Assembly (NCBI GenBank): GCA_964016885.1
Contig: OZ024740.1
Span: 245,210,001-245,274,000, forward strand
DNA from: Eledone cirrhosa
Lineage: Eukaryota
Length of the DNA: 64,000 nucleotides
Reading direction: 5' to 3'
In this document: in pieces, positions 31,957 to 44,398 of the stretch
Layout: the number at the start of each line of letters is the position of its first letter
Position numbering within the stretch: the stretch's first letter is position 1
Program-made: the position numbers and the translations under genes
The notes under the pieces: model-generated
What the model was told of the DNA's origin: nothing
The model's database searches: none
The model's input: only the letters and a program-made list of their open reading frames with translations

Positions 31957-32573
31957 TGACCGCATCCTCCCTCTAAATATAAACTAATTGATCAATTTTA
32001 AATATAACAATATTTGTAAATAAACCATCGGAGCGTTTATTGGATTGAAATTCTTAGAAAATGTAGAAAATCTCCAACGCACAAAATAGTTGTAAATACA
32101 GTTTACAAAATCGGATAAAATACCCCGAAAGGCGGAGAAAAGTGGCTTGCAACCTCTATGACTGCGTGATTAAGGAGTTCACTTCACAATCATGTTGTAC
32201 TAGGTTCAGTTTGGCTGCGCGGTACCTTGGGCAAGTGGTGGCTTCTGCTATAGCCTCTAACTGAACAATGCCTTGTAGGTGAAATTTAGTAGACAAGAAC
32301 TTCAGAAGCCCCTCGTATACATGATCGACTAAATCATGGCTGTACCCCAACATGGCTGCAGTGTAATGACTGAAACATGTAAAAGAATATTAGAATGTGT
32401 TGAGGGTATTCCTTTACTGGTTTTAGTCATTAAACTGTAGTCATGTTGAGGCACTGCCTTAAAGAGATTTGGTCGAACATATCTAAACTCTCTATAGGTA
32501 TATTTAAACAATGGAAAGCATGTTTCGGTCTTGAAATTGCGAAAATAGACTCGGTTAATTGATCTTTAATCTT

Positions 32574-32682
32574 CATATATTCAAACAGCGAGATGTATGT
32601 GTGTGTGTGTGTGTGAGAGAGAGAGAGCATTTCAGCAATTTTCTTTTTTTCTCCACATATTCAAACAGTGAGATGTATGTGA

Positions 32683-32764
<82 letters not shown>

Positions 32765-32819
32765 ATTTCAGCAATTTTTTTTTTTTTCTCCACATATTCA
32801 AACAGTGAGATGTATGTGA

Positions 32820-32909
<90 letters not shown>

Positions 32910-32990
32910 ATTTCAGCAATTTTTTTTTTTTCCTCCACATATTCAAACAGCGAGATGTGTGTGTGTGTGGCCATTTCAGCAATTTTCTAT
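32574..32990 (+). repeat. Four-unit tandem repeat with embedded variable (GT)n(GA)n
   Basis: CATATTCAAACAG(C/T)GAGATGT..(GT)n(GA)n..CATTTCAGCAATTTT repeated four times. Confidence 0.9.
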
Positions 32991-34457
32991 AACCTGCATG
33001 GTGTTAGAACCAGAGATGTAGTTACCCTCCGATGAGGAGACAAAATTCTCTAAAATGCATATATTTTTCTGTGTACGGGGGAATAGCTGAAAGTTGTAAG
33101 TGTGTGTGTTTTTGTGTGTGTTTTCACTTGATATATAAATGGTGAAGGATTGTCAACATACAGTGAGTAAATAGAAGAAATTTGTCCTCGAACATAATGT
33201 TTTACGATATTTGTACTGCACTGACTTACAGCTACTCTTTTCTCACTCTCGCCATCAGAAATACAGTGAACTAGTGATTTAATCCATTTGGTAGCTATAA
33301 CCAGCAAAGTTATTGTTCTGCAAGTGCGATATGTACACATGTATGGACCCGTAACATATGGTGGAGTTTTAGGGGTGTCATCTTGGACACTTTAAACCTG
33401 GCGGAGTCCATCACTACTCTAGGCTGGGGTAACACAACCGATTTCTTCTACACAGAGAGGGGGGGGGGGGACAATGAGAGAGAGAGAAGAGAGAAGAGAG
33501 AGAGAGAGAGAGAACTTGAATGTCTTTTAACGAGCTTGAAAGGATGAAAGGCAACGTTAACCTGGGCAGAGAGCCAGAACGATTACCACAAAACATTTTG
33601 TCCGACTCTGCCAATTCGCCAAGTTTGATACAAAAGAAGATTAAAAGATAAAAAGCCTTAGCAATGTGATGCCTTGCAATTTCAGGAAAATGGACATGGG
33701 AAAAGAAAACATCAGTTTGTGCTCCATTTTTTTTATTGGTAACTCACTGTATCACGCTGAATCTTCCTCAGAATTGCGTTAATGGCACATAGGTCTCTGG
33801 AATACTCAGCTATTTACACATCTAATCAACGAGTAATGTATTCTTTTGACCATGCTCTCTGGTTTCTTGCTACAGCTATTGAGTCACTTCCGACTCATTC
33901 GTCTCTCATCACCCATGTATTCACTCCCGCTTCAACCACAGTCTCTATTCTAATCACTATGCTTAATCCTTCCTACCCAGAACATTGGCCCTGTGCAACC
34001 TTTCCCTTGCTGACGTCTTTCCTATCTGCAATAGTTTAAATGGAACATTAACTGCATCAATCTCACATATATCAGAGGGCGTTGTTCCTTTCTCCAAATC
34101 TAACAAAACTAAAACAAAAACGAAAAAGCACACATCGTCTAATCCGACGATGGTCAGTTTTAATCCGTTTACAGTTAGAAGAGTATGTGAAAAGCAAGTG
34201 AGTTTCGTAAAGAAAACTGCCCTATACAAAATATCGGATCAAAGGTTAGATGTATCAACAATGCCTTTACTGGCAATTTAATATTGTTAAATACTATTGT
34301 GTCTTTTTTGTTATAAATCAGTGATAGACTGACATGTGTCCAAAGAGGTATTCCTGTAAGACGCTCAACTGCTGTTCTAGTTTTAAATCTCCTGGCATTT
34401 CTATTAAGCACGACAACTCGGTTAAATATAGGATTACAAATTAGTCATAATTATTAT

Positions 34458-35052
34458 GGGCATGGATTGGCAGTATCGGTAGAGGGTCGGAGATACGGCC
34501 CTTGCCATTCTGAGTTCAAATCCCGCCGAGGTTAACTTTGCCTTTCATCCTTACGGGGTCGATAAAATAAAGTACCAGTAATGTACTGGGATAATTGCTG
34601 GCCTTGTGCCTAAAGTAAAAACAATTATTATCGGTGGTGGAGGGCGGTGGATTGGCAGTTTCGGGCCGGACGCCATGCTTTGCAACATAGAGTTACGGTC
34701 CTTTATGATCTGAGTTCAAATCCCGCCGAGGTTAACTTTGCCTTTCATCCTTACGGGGTCGATAAAATAAAGTACCAGTCACGCACTGGGGTCGATTTAA
34801 TCGACTTCCCCCTTCACCAAAATTGCTGGCCTTGTGCCTATATAAGAAACAATTATTAGTGGTGGATTGGCAGTATCGGTAGAGGGTCGGGCACTATGCT
34901 TTGACACATAGAGTTACGCCCCTTGCCATTCTGAGTTCAAATCGCGCCGAGATTAACTTTGCCTTTCATCCTTACGGGGTCGATAAAATAAAGTACCAGT
35001 AATGAACTAGGTAATTGCTGGCCTTGTTCCAATAGTAGAAACAATTATTATT
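34458..35052 (+). mobile_element. Head-to-tail array of three tRNA-derived SINEs (family S1)
   Basis: Each unit has an A-box-like TGGATTGGCAGT..CGG, B-box GAGTTCAAATC, core GCCTTTCATCCTTACGGGGTCGATAAAATAAAGTACCAGT and tail AAACAATTATTA. Confidence 0.9.
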
Positions 35053-35147
35053 GTTCGACTGCAGTAGAAGTCGACCACAATCCTCCTTCACCCATTGCAC
35101 TTTTTTTATAATCAGATGTGGTCTCGTACTAAAGTGATTAGCTCTGA

Positions 35148-35271
35148 TCATAGGTGGGAACGATATTTGAATTCAGAACTCTTCCCGAATATATGTCGTG
35201 TAGAATCTTGTACGGCGTTCAAACAACTCTGCCAATCCACCTCCATGGATTGGTGTTTTATGTTATCGATC
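35148..35271 (-). CDS. Candidate terminal coding exon of an unidentified host gene
   Basis: Acceptor TTTGACTTTCATCTTTCAG|G, then the only frame open beyond four codons: IDNIKHQSMEVDWQSCLNAVQDSTRHIFGKSSEFKYRSHL*. Non-repetitive sequence, no homology recognised. Confidence 0.3.
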
Positions 35272-36529
35272 CTGAAAGATGAAAGTCAAAGTTCACACAA
35301 AGAGTGGGAACAAATACTACAAGATATTCTATTCAACGCTTTAACGACTCTGTCAATTCTCCGTCTAATGCTCATTAAAAGCAAAACACCAGTGATACCT
35401 TTAATGCATTGAATTGGCAGGGTTATTATAGAGTCATACACAAAGTTGAATTCCAAAGAAAGCCGGGGTTCCACGACAAAAGTTTAGATAAGATGTGTTT
35501 TCTTAAAATGTAATAAAAATTTGTCATTTATGTGTGAATAAATTCTCTGTCTTAATTTTTTTTTTCTTTTTTTGTTGTCATTATTACAATTACGATGGTG
35601 GAAATCGTCTTTGAAATATGAATATGAATTCCACAATTTTTGAAAAATCGTATAAGTGTTTCACGACAAAATAAACTTGGAAATCACTGCATTAAAACGG
35701 CGGGTAGAATGTCCTATCATGTTCGAAAAGGGGAAGAAAGAATATATATATAATCACGAATTCATTTTATGCCAAATATTTTCGAAGTAACTTTGACAAA
35801 CGGGATTCTGAAAGATGCAAAATACACAAGTGATCTTAATTTTCATTATCAAAGCCCTAATTAAGTACTTTCCAAGTTTATTCAATTTTTATTTAAAGTT
35901 TAGTTAGAGGCGTTGGCCATGAACATTGCAAGGGGCCTCTGGCAGCAGGAAAAAGAAAACACACATTAGATGCAATCCATCCGATGTGATTCTCCACAGA
36001 TTTGAACTCAGAGCGCAGAGAGCCAGAAGAAGTATCACAAGGCACTCTATCCGACAAACGGCCGCTACCATAATATATAGGTATTGGTGGGGATAGATTT
36101 TGAATCAATGAAAACGGCAGATGGACACCTCTATCATACTTGCCTTTCAAATGACTCAAATAGATCAAATTTCTTTTGTTTTTCCTCCTCTTCCTCTTTT
36201 CCATTCCCTATATTACCTTTACCTCTTCCCGTCTCCCTCTACATTTCAATGTTCAGACACAGATGGACGAAAGAATGATACAAATAAATAAAAAAAAGGG
36301 GAGGAGTAAGACTGAAAGTTTATAATGCAAAAATAATGCAGCTGTAAAGGACAAGTAATTACAAAAAAAGACAAGTAATTTGAAGCCACGTGTCAGACTA
36401 GCCCTACGGTAGTGTCCTTATAGAAAAATAGGGCGAAAGACAAACAAAATAAGGGCGGGACGTGTGTGAAGAGGAATGTTTTGATGAAAAGGAGAGTTAT
36501 AATACAGTGAGAAAATACTAATAGTATTG

Positions 36530-36561
<32 letters not shown>

Positions 36562-37002
36562 TAAAAAAACAAGAAAAAAGAAACCATAACTATATTGTGG
36601 GGAAGGCATTTCTATAGATTATAGAAAACCACCAACCGTCTTTGTTTTGTTTTTGTGACAAAGGATTAAACGATTTACAGAAAGATTTTCTCTGTTATTC
36701 ACAGCAACGTCTCTAACCTCACTCTTACCTATTTTATACAACACCTGCTTTTAATAAAACCCCTCACATTTTTGCTGATTTTATCTATTTATTTATTATT
36801 TTAGCTTAGTCATAGAAGGAAGGGCAATGCTTGTGATCCTTTTCATTGGTAAGAGGAGACCTCATCTAAATGCTTGTAACACCCAAAGGCCAGATGGTGG
36901 CAGTATTAAACCGGGATTAAGTCAACCATCCATGAACAGGAGCTGTATCTCCAACAGTTTTCCGTAAATTTTTGATTTTTGCTTTCTTTCATTTTTTTGT
37001 AG

Positions 37003-37182
37003 TAATGGCGGTAATCTTTTAACTATAGGAAACAGAACCATACTTATGATTATTTTCGATACAACCGATATAGGTGGGAAGAAAGTATCATTAAACCAAA
37101 GACTTGGCCCAAATGCTGGCATCAGAATGGATTCTGCTAAAGGAATCCAAGACCTCGGTGATGGTGTTAAATCAGGCAACAG
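37003..37182 (+). CDS. Candidate 180-bp internal exon, unidentified
   Basis: Long pyrimidine tract and TAG acceptor at 37002, CAG|GTAAAT donor at 37182/37183, one open frame NGGNLLTIGNRTILMIIFDTTDIGGKKVSLNQRLGPNAGIRMDSAKGIQDLGDGVKSGN. Confidence 0.3.
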
Positions 37183-37300
37183 GTAAATATATGGACGTAA
37201 CTCCTGATGGAGTCGTAGGGGCGCCGTCGTAACATACGGTGTGTATTGGGCATTTTAAACCTGGAAGAGCACAACCCTCTCCGTGTCAAAACACTGTATA

Positions 37301-38423
37301 CAGTTTCCCCTCAGTATTCGCGGAGGTTACGTTCCAAGAGCACCCGCGAAGAGTTAAAAACCGCGAATATTAGACGTGATCCATAAAAATGCCCATAAAC
37401 GTCAAAGCATAACGTTAAATATAGGCCGGAAAATACGGTATATTATTGATTTCTTTATTAGCCACAAGGGCGCAACAAGAAAGGGGACAATACAAAGACA
37501 TGCCGGGGATTTTACATACAGTCGTGTAAAAAATATAAAAACAAACAATTTCAACAATCGAAATCCCCAATAGGGGGGAGGCGCCACAAATGGGTTGTTT
37601 AATACCCCGTCGATAGAACAACCCTCAACTCAAGGAGCGTGTTGTGCAAGTGCTCCTTTCTTCCTTTTGCTCTCTTCCTCAACCTACAGGCTTATAAACA
37701 GAGAAGGCCCAATCACTCGGGCCATTTTCGCTTCATTCACCCACCTTTCAGTAAATTTACTGGGGTGCAGTGCCTCTCTCTCCACCCTGATTCTCCTTCT
37801 AAAGTGATACTTAAAGAATGGAATCAATTGTTGTCCGGAGAGAAAGGCATCTGTCCTCAGTCCTCTCAACCTCGTCCACCATATAACTTCTTTCACCATA
37901 GCCACCGTACAGAGGATAACCGCCTCTCTTTCGTTTTTGAAAGAGTCTGGCGGTTTGATCCTTACTATGGACTCGGCAGTCAACTGTATTTGTCCCATAC
38001 GCGACAGCAGTTGTTCTGCATAGTTCCACAGGTCGCTTACGCCCGGGCAGTGTACAATTGCGTGCAGAACTGTTTCAATGTCCTGCGCACATCTTGGACA
38101 CGTCCTCTTGGAAGGATCCCTGCCAGGGCGTCCGTGCCTGTAGATCTTGTCACGAACCGGTAGAGCTCCTCGGTAGCACTGCCAGGCCAGGGACCTCTGG
38201 AAGTTGTCCATAGGTCCCGGGCGGAAAGTCCTACCAAACATACTGGTGAGCTCATCGTCTTCGACGCCCTATTAATAATTTAGTGTTAAAGAGCGTGAAA
38301 AATATATATTGCCACGAAAAGAGCTATTAAAAAATCGCAGAAGATATTTACGATTCCGCGATGGTTTCCACGAACAATAATTAGTTAGGTTCTAAGGAAA
38401 TTTCCGCGAATGCCGGGGGTACA

Positions 38424-38426
<3 letters not shown>
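37301..38426. mobile_element. Tigger/pogo-type MITE interrupted by a LINE
   Basis: TA then TIR CAGTTTCCCCTCAGTATTCGCGG at the left, CCGCGAATGCCGGGGGTACACTG at the right (imperfect inverse). Resembles MER2/Tigger ends. Confidence 0.75.
37441..38270 (-). mobile_element. Tx1/L1-clade LINE 3' fragment (diverged subfamily)
   Basis: ORF 38241-37684 has PGPMDNFQRSLAWQCYRGALPVRDK..CPRC..HAIVHC. AATAAA and the tail lie at about 37441-37460. Confidence 0.9.
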
Positions 38427-38489
<63 letters not shown>

Positions 38490-39002
38490 ATACTAGATCT
38501 ACAAAGCCAAACTGTAAAATCATAATATTATAAAATTAAATCAAATTGTTTAGAACTACAAGTGAAGTCATTCTTTTGCTTTTTAAAAAAAAAAATAATA
38601 ATTAAAAAAAATATATATATATATATATATATTTAAAAGATCAGAGCAAACATCACGGACGCTCTATCTCAAAATTATTTTTGAAAAGCATTAGAAATGC
38701 GCAACCGGTAAAACTTAAAACCAAAACTGAATACTAACCAGGTATATATGGCCCTGGAATGTTCAGCCACTTACACGCTAATTGCATGAGCAGGCTGTTC
38801 CGTTAATCGAACAACAGGAACAGTTGTACATGTAGTATTTAGGAGTAACGAAATAGAATGAAGGAATTAAAACTAAAAATAGTAGGTTCATGCAAACTGG
38901 CTTGCATACATCCACCTCTATTCTGGCCTGATTCTACCATCATTATACACCTCAAAAATTGATTATGAAGTAGCACGTATAGCCAAAGAATAAGTGGAAT
39001 CA

Positions 39003-39252
39003 TCTATATATATAAAACTGATGTTGTCTGTGTGTCCTCATTTTTGCAAAGTCTATACAAATCCACATTTCTACTCCGATTGACTTCAAACTTGCATTTA
39101 TATTTTCCTTGCGATTTAAAGATACTAACTGCAGCTTTTATTTTTCAATTTTCTGTTGTTAAAGGGGTGTTATCGATCTCTGTCGAGCCCTTATAATATC
39201 TGTCTGTATGTCTGACTGTCTGCATAACGACATTCTGACGAACACGTCATTG

Positions 39253-39349
<97 letters not shown>

Positions 39350-39752
39350 GGAGGTGAGTTTTATTGTAGTACAATAAAGCAATGCAGATATCGGATAAGA
39401 AGCACTCTACAGTTTGTAGGACTGGAGTATACATAATATATAAGAACAAAAGATGGTTAAAAGAGTTCCATGTATTTTATTATGCGCATTTCAAAAACAA
39501 ACATCATCATACAATAATATTTGTGTTTTCATCAGATAAAACAGGAAGACATGATATGAAGGTTAAAAAACACTTGTGGATAGTGCAGTTTTAAATCAAC
39601 ATAAAACTGTACTATCCACAAGTGTTTTTTAACCTTCATATCATGTCTTCCTGTTTTATCTGATGAAAACACAAATATTATTGCATGATGATGTTTGTTT
39701 TTGAAATGCGCATAATAAAATACATGGAACTCTTTTAACCATCTTTTGTTCT

Positions 39753-39784
<32 letters not shown>

Positions 39785-40254
39785 CATCTAAAGAGAGAAA
39801 GGGAGATGTAGAGAGAGAGAGTGAGATAGGCCGTTATACGAGGTACAAGATATTCAGAGAGAGAGAGAGAATGGCGGCGAACGCTGGTTCTCACACACAC
39901 ACACAAACACATATATATATATAAAGACAGAGAGAGAGGGGGGTAGATCTGCGCGTTCTTTATTGTTCTCCATTCTGTAGAGGAAGAGGAAGAGAGGGGG
40001 CATGAGTGAGAGAGAGAGCGAGAGAAAGAGAGAGAGAGAGAGGGTATGAGAAAAAAGGGAGAGAGGGATTGAGAAAGAAAGAGAGTGAGGAACTTTAACT
40101 TTTATTTATTTATCTGTTCTTTACACACTGTTCAACTCTCCCCTTTCCTCAACCTTACGTCTCTTTCTCTCTTTCACACAAGACGTACTGTGACTCTGTG
40201 TGTTATATATATTTATGTCCGCACACACACATACAAAAGACGCATCTCTCTCTC

Positions 40255-40316
<62 letters not shown>

Positions 40317-40330
40317 TCTCTATCTCTCTC

Positions 40331-40397
<67 letters not shown>

Positions 40398-41323
40398 TTG
40401 TTATAAGAACAGATTAAAGTTTAAGCAAAGAATCGCTGCTTTCAACATTAACGGGATCTTCTGAAACTAAAAAATTCAATCTGTGAACGCAGAAGTAAAT
40501 ATTTCGAGAAACATTGCAACCGAAGGAAAACAGGAAGGCGATGTTTTGTTTCGTGAAGACGTTCCCTGGCAATGAACATAAAACAAGCGAGGATAATACG
40601 TCGTTATGTGGACCGAGAAGAACAATTTCATGCAAAGACAAGACCAAGTTTATGGTATAAATGGAGTCGTTAGACTAATATTCTATTTAAAATAACCGAA
40701 TGATTTCCAGCCCCAGAGTTTAAGAATGATGTAAATAAAATTGTAAACGAAAATGACAGTAAAAGTAAAAGTAAAAGTAAATAGTGAAGATTTAGGCCAG
40801 TACATACGTGTGCGCCGACGGACATACACATACATATACATACGCACACACAAACACACACACAAACGCGCGCGCGCGTGCGTGTGTGTGTAAACCTTAT
40901 GCATTTCTACAGCATGTTCACCAAACTTAAGACATAGGTTACTTATGTACTCCGGATGGTCATGGACGCTTTCATTTTTACAGATATTGATTATAGGGCC
41001 TCCCGGCAGATAACCCCCTTTAACCACTTCCTTGGAGTCGACTGAAGCACTGCAGTGCAATGCAACAAAAACGTCATAACTTCTGGAGTTCGCAACCGAT
41101 TTTCACAAAACTTGACACATGGGCTACGTTTGTTCTACAGATGAATGTGAACTCTCAGAATTGGCACATATTGAGTAGGGGACCCCTGGAGGCAGGAACC
41201 CCCTTTTGGAAAAAGCCGATGATTTTGTAAAAGTATAGTTTTCGAAGCAGCACAGAAGTATTGACATAAATGGTATACATAACTGCTATATAATACCCGA
41301 GCAACGCCGGGTACCTCTGCTAG
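39003..41323 (+). mobile_element. Non-autonomous Helitron-like element with nested insertions
   Basis: 5' end A|TCTATATATATAAAACTGATGTTGTCTGTGTGTC. 3' hairpin ACCCGAGCAACGCCGGGT then CTAG|T at 41320-41324. That both ends belong to one element is inferred. Confidence 0.55.
39347..39757. mobile_element. Palindromic solo pLTR dimer of the family C PLE, with two opposed HHRs (39473-39543 minus, 39652-39722 plus)
   Basis: Arms at about 39437-39593 and 39602-39757 are near-perfect inverses, homologous to 15489-15715. No ORF. (TA)n flanks. Confidence 0.85.
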
Positions 41324-41426
41324 TGTATTATAAGTGGGCTTCAGCGGAAGTTAATAAACATGTCAGAAAAGCGGAAGTCATTATAGTAGGTTCTTGACTG
41401 AACCGACCTATGAACATAGACCGTAG

Positions 41427-41499
<73 letters not shown>

Positions 41500-41500
<1 letters not shown>

Positions 41501-41695
41501 GAAGGTCGGCTAAAAGGTTCATAGACTGACCAAGATACTCTCATGGAATGACCAAATGAGGTTTATTTTTCAGCATAGTCCCTGGAAAGAAACAGTGCAG
41601 TTGTTGATAAGAATTGAAATCAATACATGCAAGATTTCCCAGCTCTAGCATCACTGTTTCAGAGTCAGCCTAGGAACTTTTTCAGCCCACCATCA
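41500..41695. mobile_element. Mariner-type MITE
   Basis: TA-CGAAGGTCGGCTAAAAGGTTCATAGACTGAC ... GTCAGCCTAGGAACTTTTTCAGCCCACCATCA-TA: imperfect ~31-bp TIRs with TA flanks. Confidence 0.7.
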
Positions 41696-41714
41696 TATGT
41701 ATATATATACATAT

Positions 41715-41949
41715 GTACAACACACAAAAAAAGATGGTGTATGACAGAACAAAGGAGAGAGTCAAAATTTAAAAAAACACTCACTCAGGAGGTCACAGAA
41801 TGTGTGACGAAAGAGCTTTGACAATATATAAACAACCATCCAGTTATAGAACCAACCAACCAGCCAGCCATCCGGAAATTTATAATAAATTGAAATGAAA
41901 ACTAACAGATGCGTGTGTTTTTATTGGCAGCATGACTCTCCCAAAGTAT

Positions 41950-41957
<8 letters not shown>
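41715..41957 (+). mobile_element. Solo 3' tail of the PLE at 25690-26432
   Basis: GACAGAACAAAGGAGAG..GTCACAGAATGTGTGACGAAAGA.CTTTGACAATA..AACCAACCAACCA..CATGAC.CTCCCAAAG.ATAACAATAT is shared with 26160-26405. Confidence 0.75.
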
Positions 41958-41986
<29 letters not shown>

Positions 41987-42114
41987 CACACACACACAAC
42001 ACTCCGGTCCATTGCATAAACCCCAAACATCTTTTTGGCAAGATTCTGCTATTTTCACAATATGGAATGTCTCCATTTACTGTTGTTTGGCACTTGTTCA
42101 AACAACTCTCTCTT

Positions 42115-42161
<47 letters not shown>

Positions 42162-42265
42162 TCAGGTTTATGGAGTAGTTTGTAGATTTTGCACAAAAAT
42201 ATCCTCATTTTATTTGGAAAATACAGATATGCATTCAGATAGACAGAGATGTGTGCGCGCGCGCG

Positions 42266-42315
<50 letters not shown>

Positions 42316-42394
42316 CATAGTAAACAGATAGACAGAGAAACGAAAACGTCCCGATACATTTTACACGCTTACATGTTATAGAGGATGAGCATTC

Positions 42395-42705
42395 AGTCGT
42401 TCAATCAACTAGACGTCCGCCTCGTGAACTAACGTGTACGTGGTTAAGTATTACACTGACACGTGTAACCCATAACGTAACCCCTATGCAGAATCAGCGT
42501 GGCATAATATGTAAAAAGGCTGGATGTACGAATTACAGGTATAATCAATTCGAGAGACTTCCACATAGTTTCCGTCAACTCTATTTCACTCACGAGGCTT
42601 GGATTTAATTGAGGCTATGGAAAAGACGCTTGCCAAAGATATCATGCAGTGGAATAGAACTCTGGAACTCATGGCTGCAAAGCGAACATCTTAACCACTG
42701 CGTCA
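42395..42705 (-). mobile_element. tRNA-derived SINE (family S2)
   Basis: Homologous to copies at about 32190-32400, 33750-33850, 38740-38830, 50840-51025 (-), 58155-58410, 58875-59205 and 60270-60605 (CACGCTGAATC..GAGAACTAC.TTA.GGGTACACGTG.CTGTGGAATACTCAGCCACTTACACG). Confidence 0.7.
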
Positions 42706-43292
42706 ATGTTACCAAATTTTACATACAACATGCTTAACACTCTTGTCGTGTCCGTACAGGTAATTTTAAACCACAATTACAACAGGCAATCAAGAAAACA
42801 AATCTCTCTTTGCTCTCTTCAAATATAGTTCACTTCATTCAATCTAATCGTTTGTTTTATTAATATTGTCTAGTTATTTTAACATTTTTTTAAAATCTTT
42901 TTTCATCCACCAACTTGAGACTTTTTTTATGGACGTAACAGTTCATGCAATCGTTCTTTCTCATTGGTTTAAAACTAGACTACTTTGCCCCACACTATAT
43001 AAGTGTGTATATATGTATGGATATATATATATGTACGTATATATGTGTGTGTATGAATGTATGCATGTATATGTGTGTGTATGAATGTATGTATGTATAT
43101 GTATGCACGTACGTATGTATATTTGTATGAATAACCAAGGTTTAGTAGCGCCAAATGTTTGGCATACCACTCTGTAATTGTTCTTTTATCTTACGCTTGG
43201 TGCTTTATCTTCTCTGGCAGGAGATATATGTGTGTGAGTGTTTGTATGTCTGTTAGTTACTGTGTCTGTGTAGGCGCGAACGAATATATATA

Positions 43293-43345
<53 letters not shown>

Positions 43346-43453
43346 TCAGCGAGAATCGCATTTCGGCGGGTAGAACAAGCGAAACGTAACGCAAATTCCG
43401 AGTCATGCTGGCAAGCGCTCCATGGGCTAAAAGACCAGAGAAATAAACATAGG

Positions 43454-43541
<88 letters not shown>

Positions 43542-43877
43542 AGAGAGTTATAAACTCAAATAGTCTTTTACAATTAAATAGCTCAAAGAAAGGAATATTT
43601 CTGAGCCGTGTAATACAAATGAATATATGATAGATATAAACACTGATACAAGTATACATGTGTTCGTATTGCAAATGACCAAGTTAGCTGGATTGAAAAA
43701 TACTAATTAAAATAATACGGTTTGCCTGTCTCGATTTAAAATAATAAATCAATAAAAACAAATCTATATTGACACTAGCCGTGATACCTGGACAAATTTT
43801 AAATTTGTTTCGCAACAATTAAGTGAAATTTCCTATTCTTGTGCTCTTCTGCAGGTATCCAGAAATTGGTAAGTTTC

Positions 43878-44330
43878 ACTTCAAAATACTTAAGAAGACT
43901 GAGAAAAATGTGTTGAAAGCACATGTATCACAGCGTCTAGCACGTCCCATTCTCGTGCCGCTAAAATTAGCAGCCGGTTTTATGGGACTAAAAATTAGCT
44001 CAACGCATGGAGCTGAGAATATTATATATAGAGTTATAAACTCAAATAGTCTTTTACAATTAAATAGCTCAAAGAAAGGAATATTTCTGAGCCGTGTTAT
44101 ACAAATGAATATATGAGAGGGATAAACACTGATACAAGTATACATGTGTTCGCATTGCAAATGACTATATATAACTCTATATATAATATTCTCGGCTCCA
44201 TGCGTTGAGCTAATTTTTAGTCCCATAAAACCGGCTGCTATTTTTAGCGGCACGAGTATGGGACGTGCTAGGCGCTGTGACACATGTGCTTTCAACACAT
44301 TTCTCTCAGACTTCTTAAGTATTTTGAAGT
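43878..44330. repeat. ~160-bp-arm inverted repeat around a segment also present at 43543-43678
   Basis: 43878-44038 is the inverse of 44170-44330. Spacer 44031-44165 is a direct repeat of 43543-43678. Confidence 0.9.
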
Positions 44331-44360
44331 ATCAGTGCTTATCCCTATCATATATTCATT

Positions 44361-44388
<28 letters not shown>

Positions 44389-44398
<10 letters not shown>

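Noticed and set aside
36922-37179. Minus-strand 85-aa ORF
   Set aside because: TTG start and no recognisable motif. Splice signals favour the plus strand if anything.
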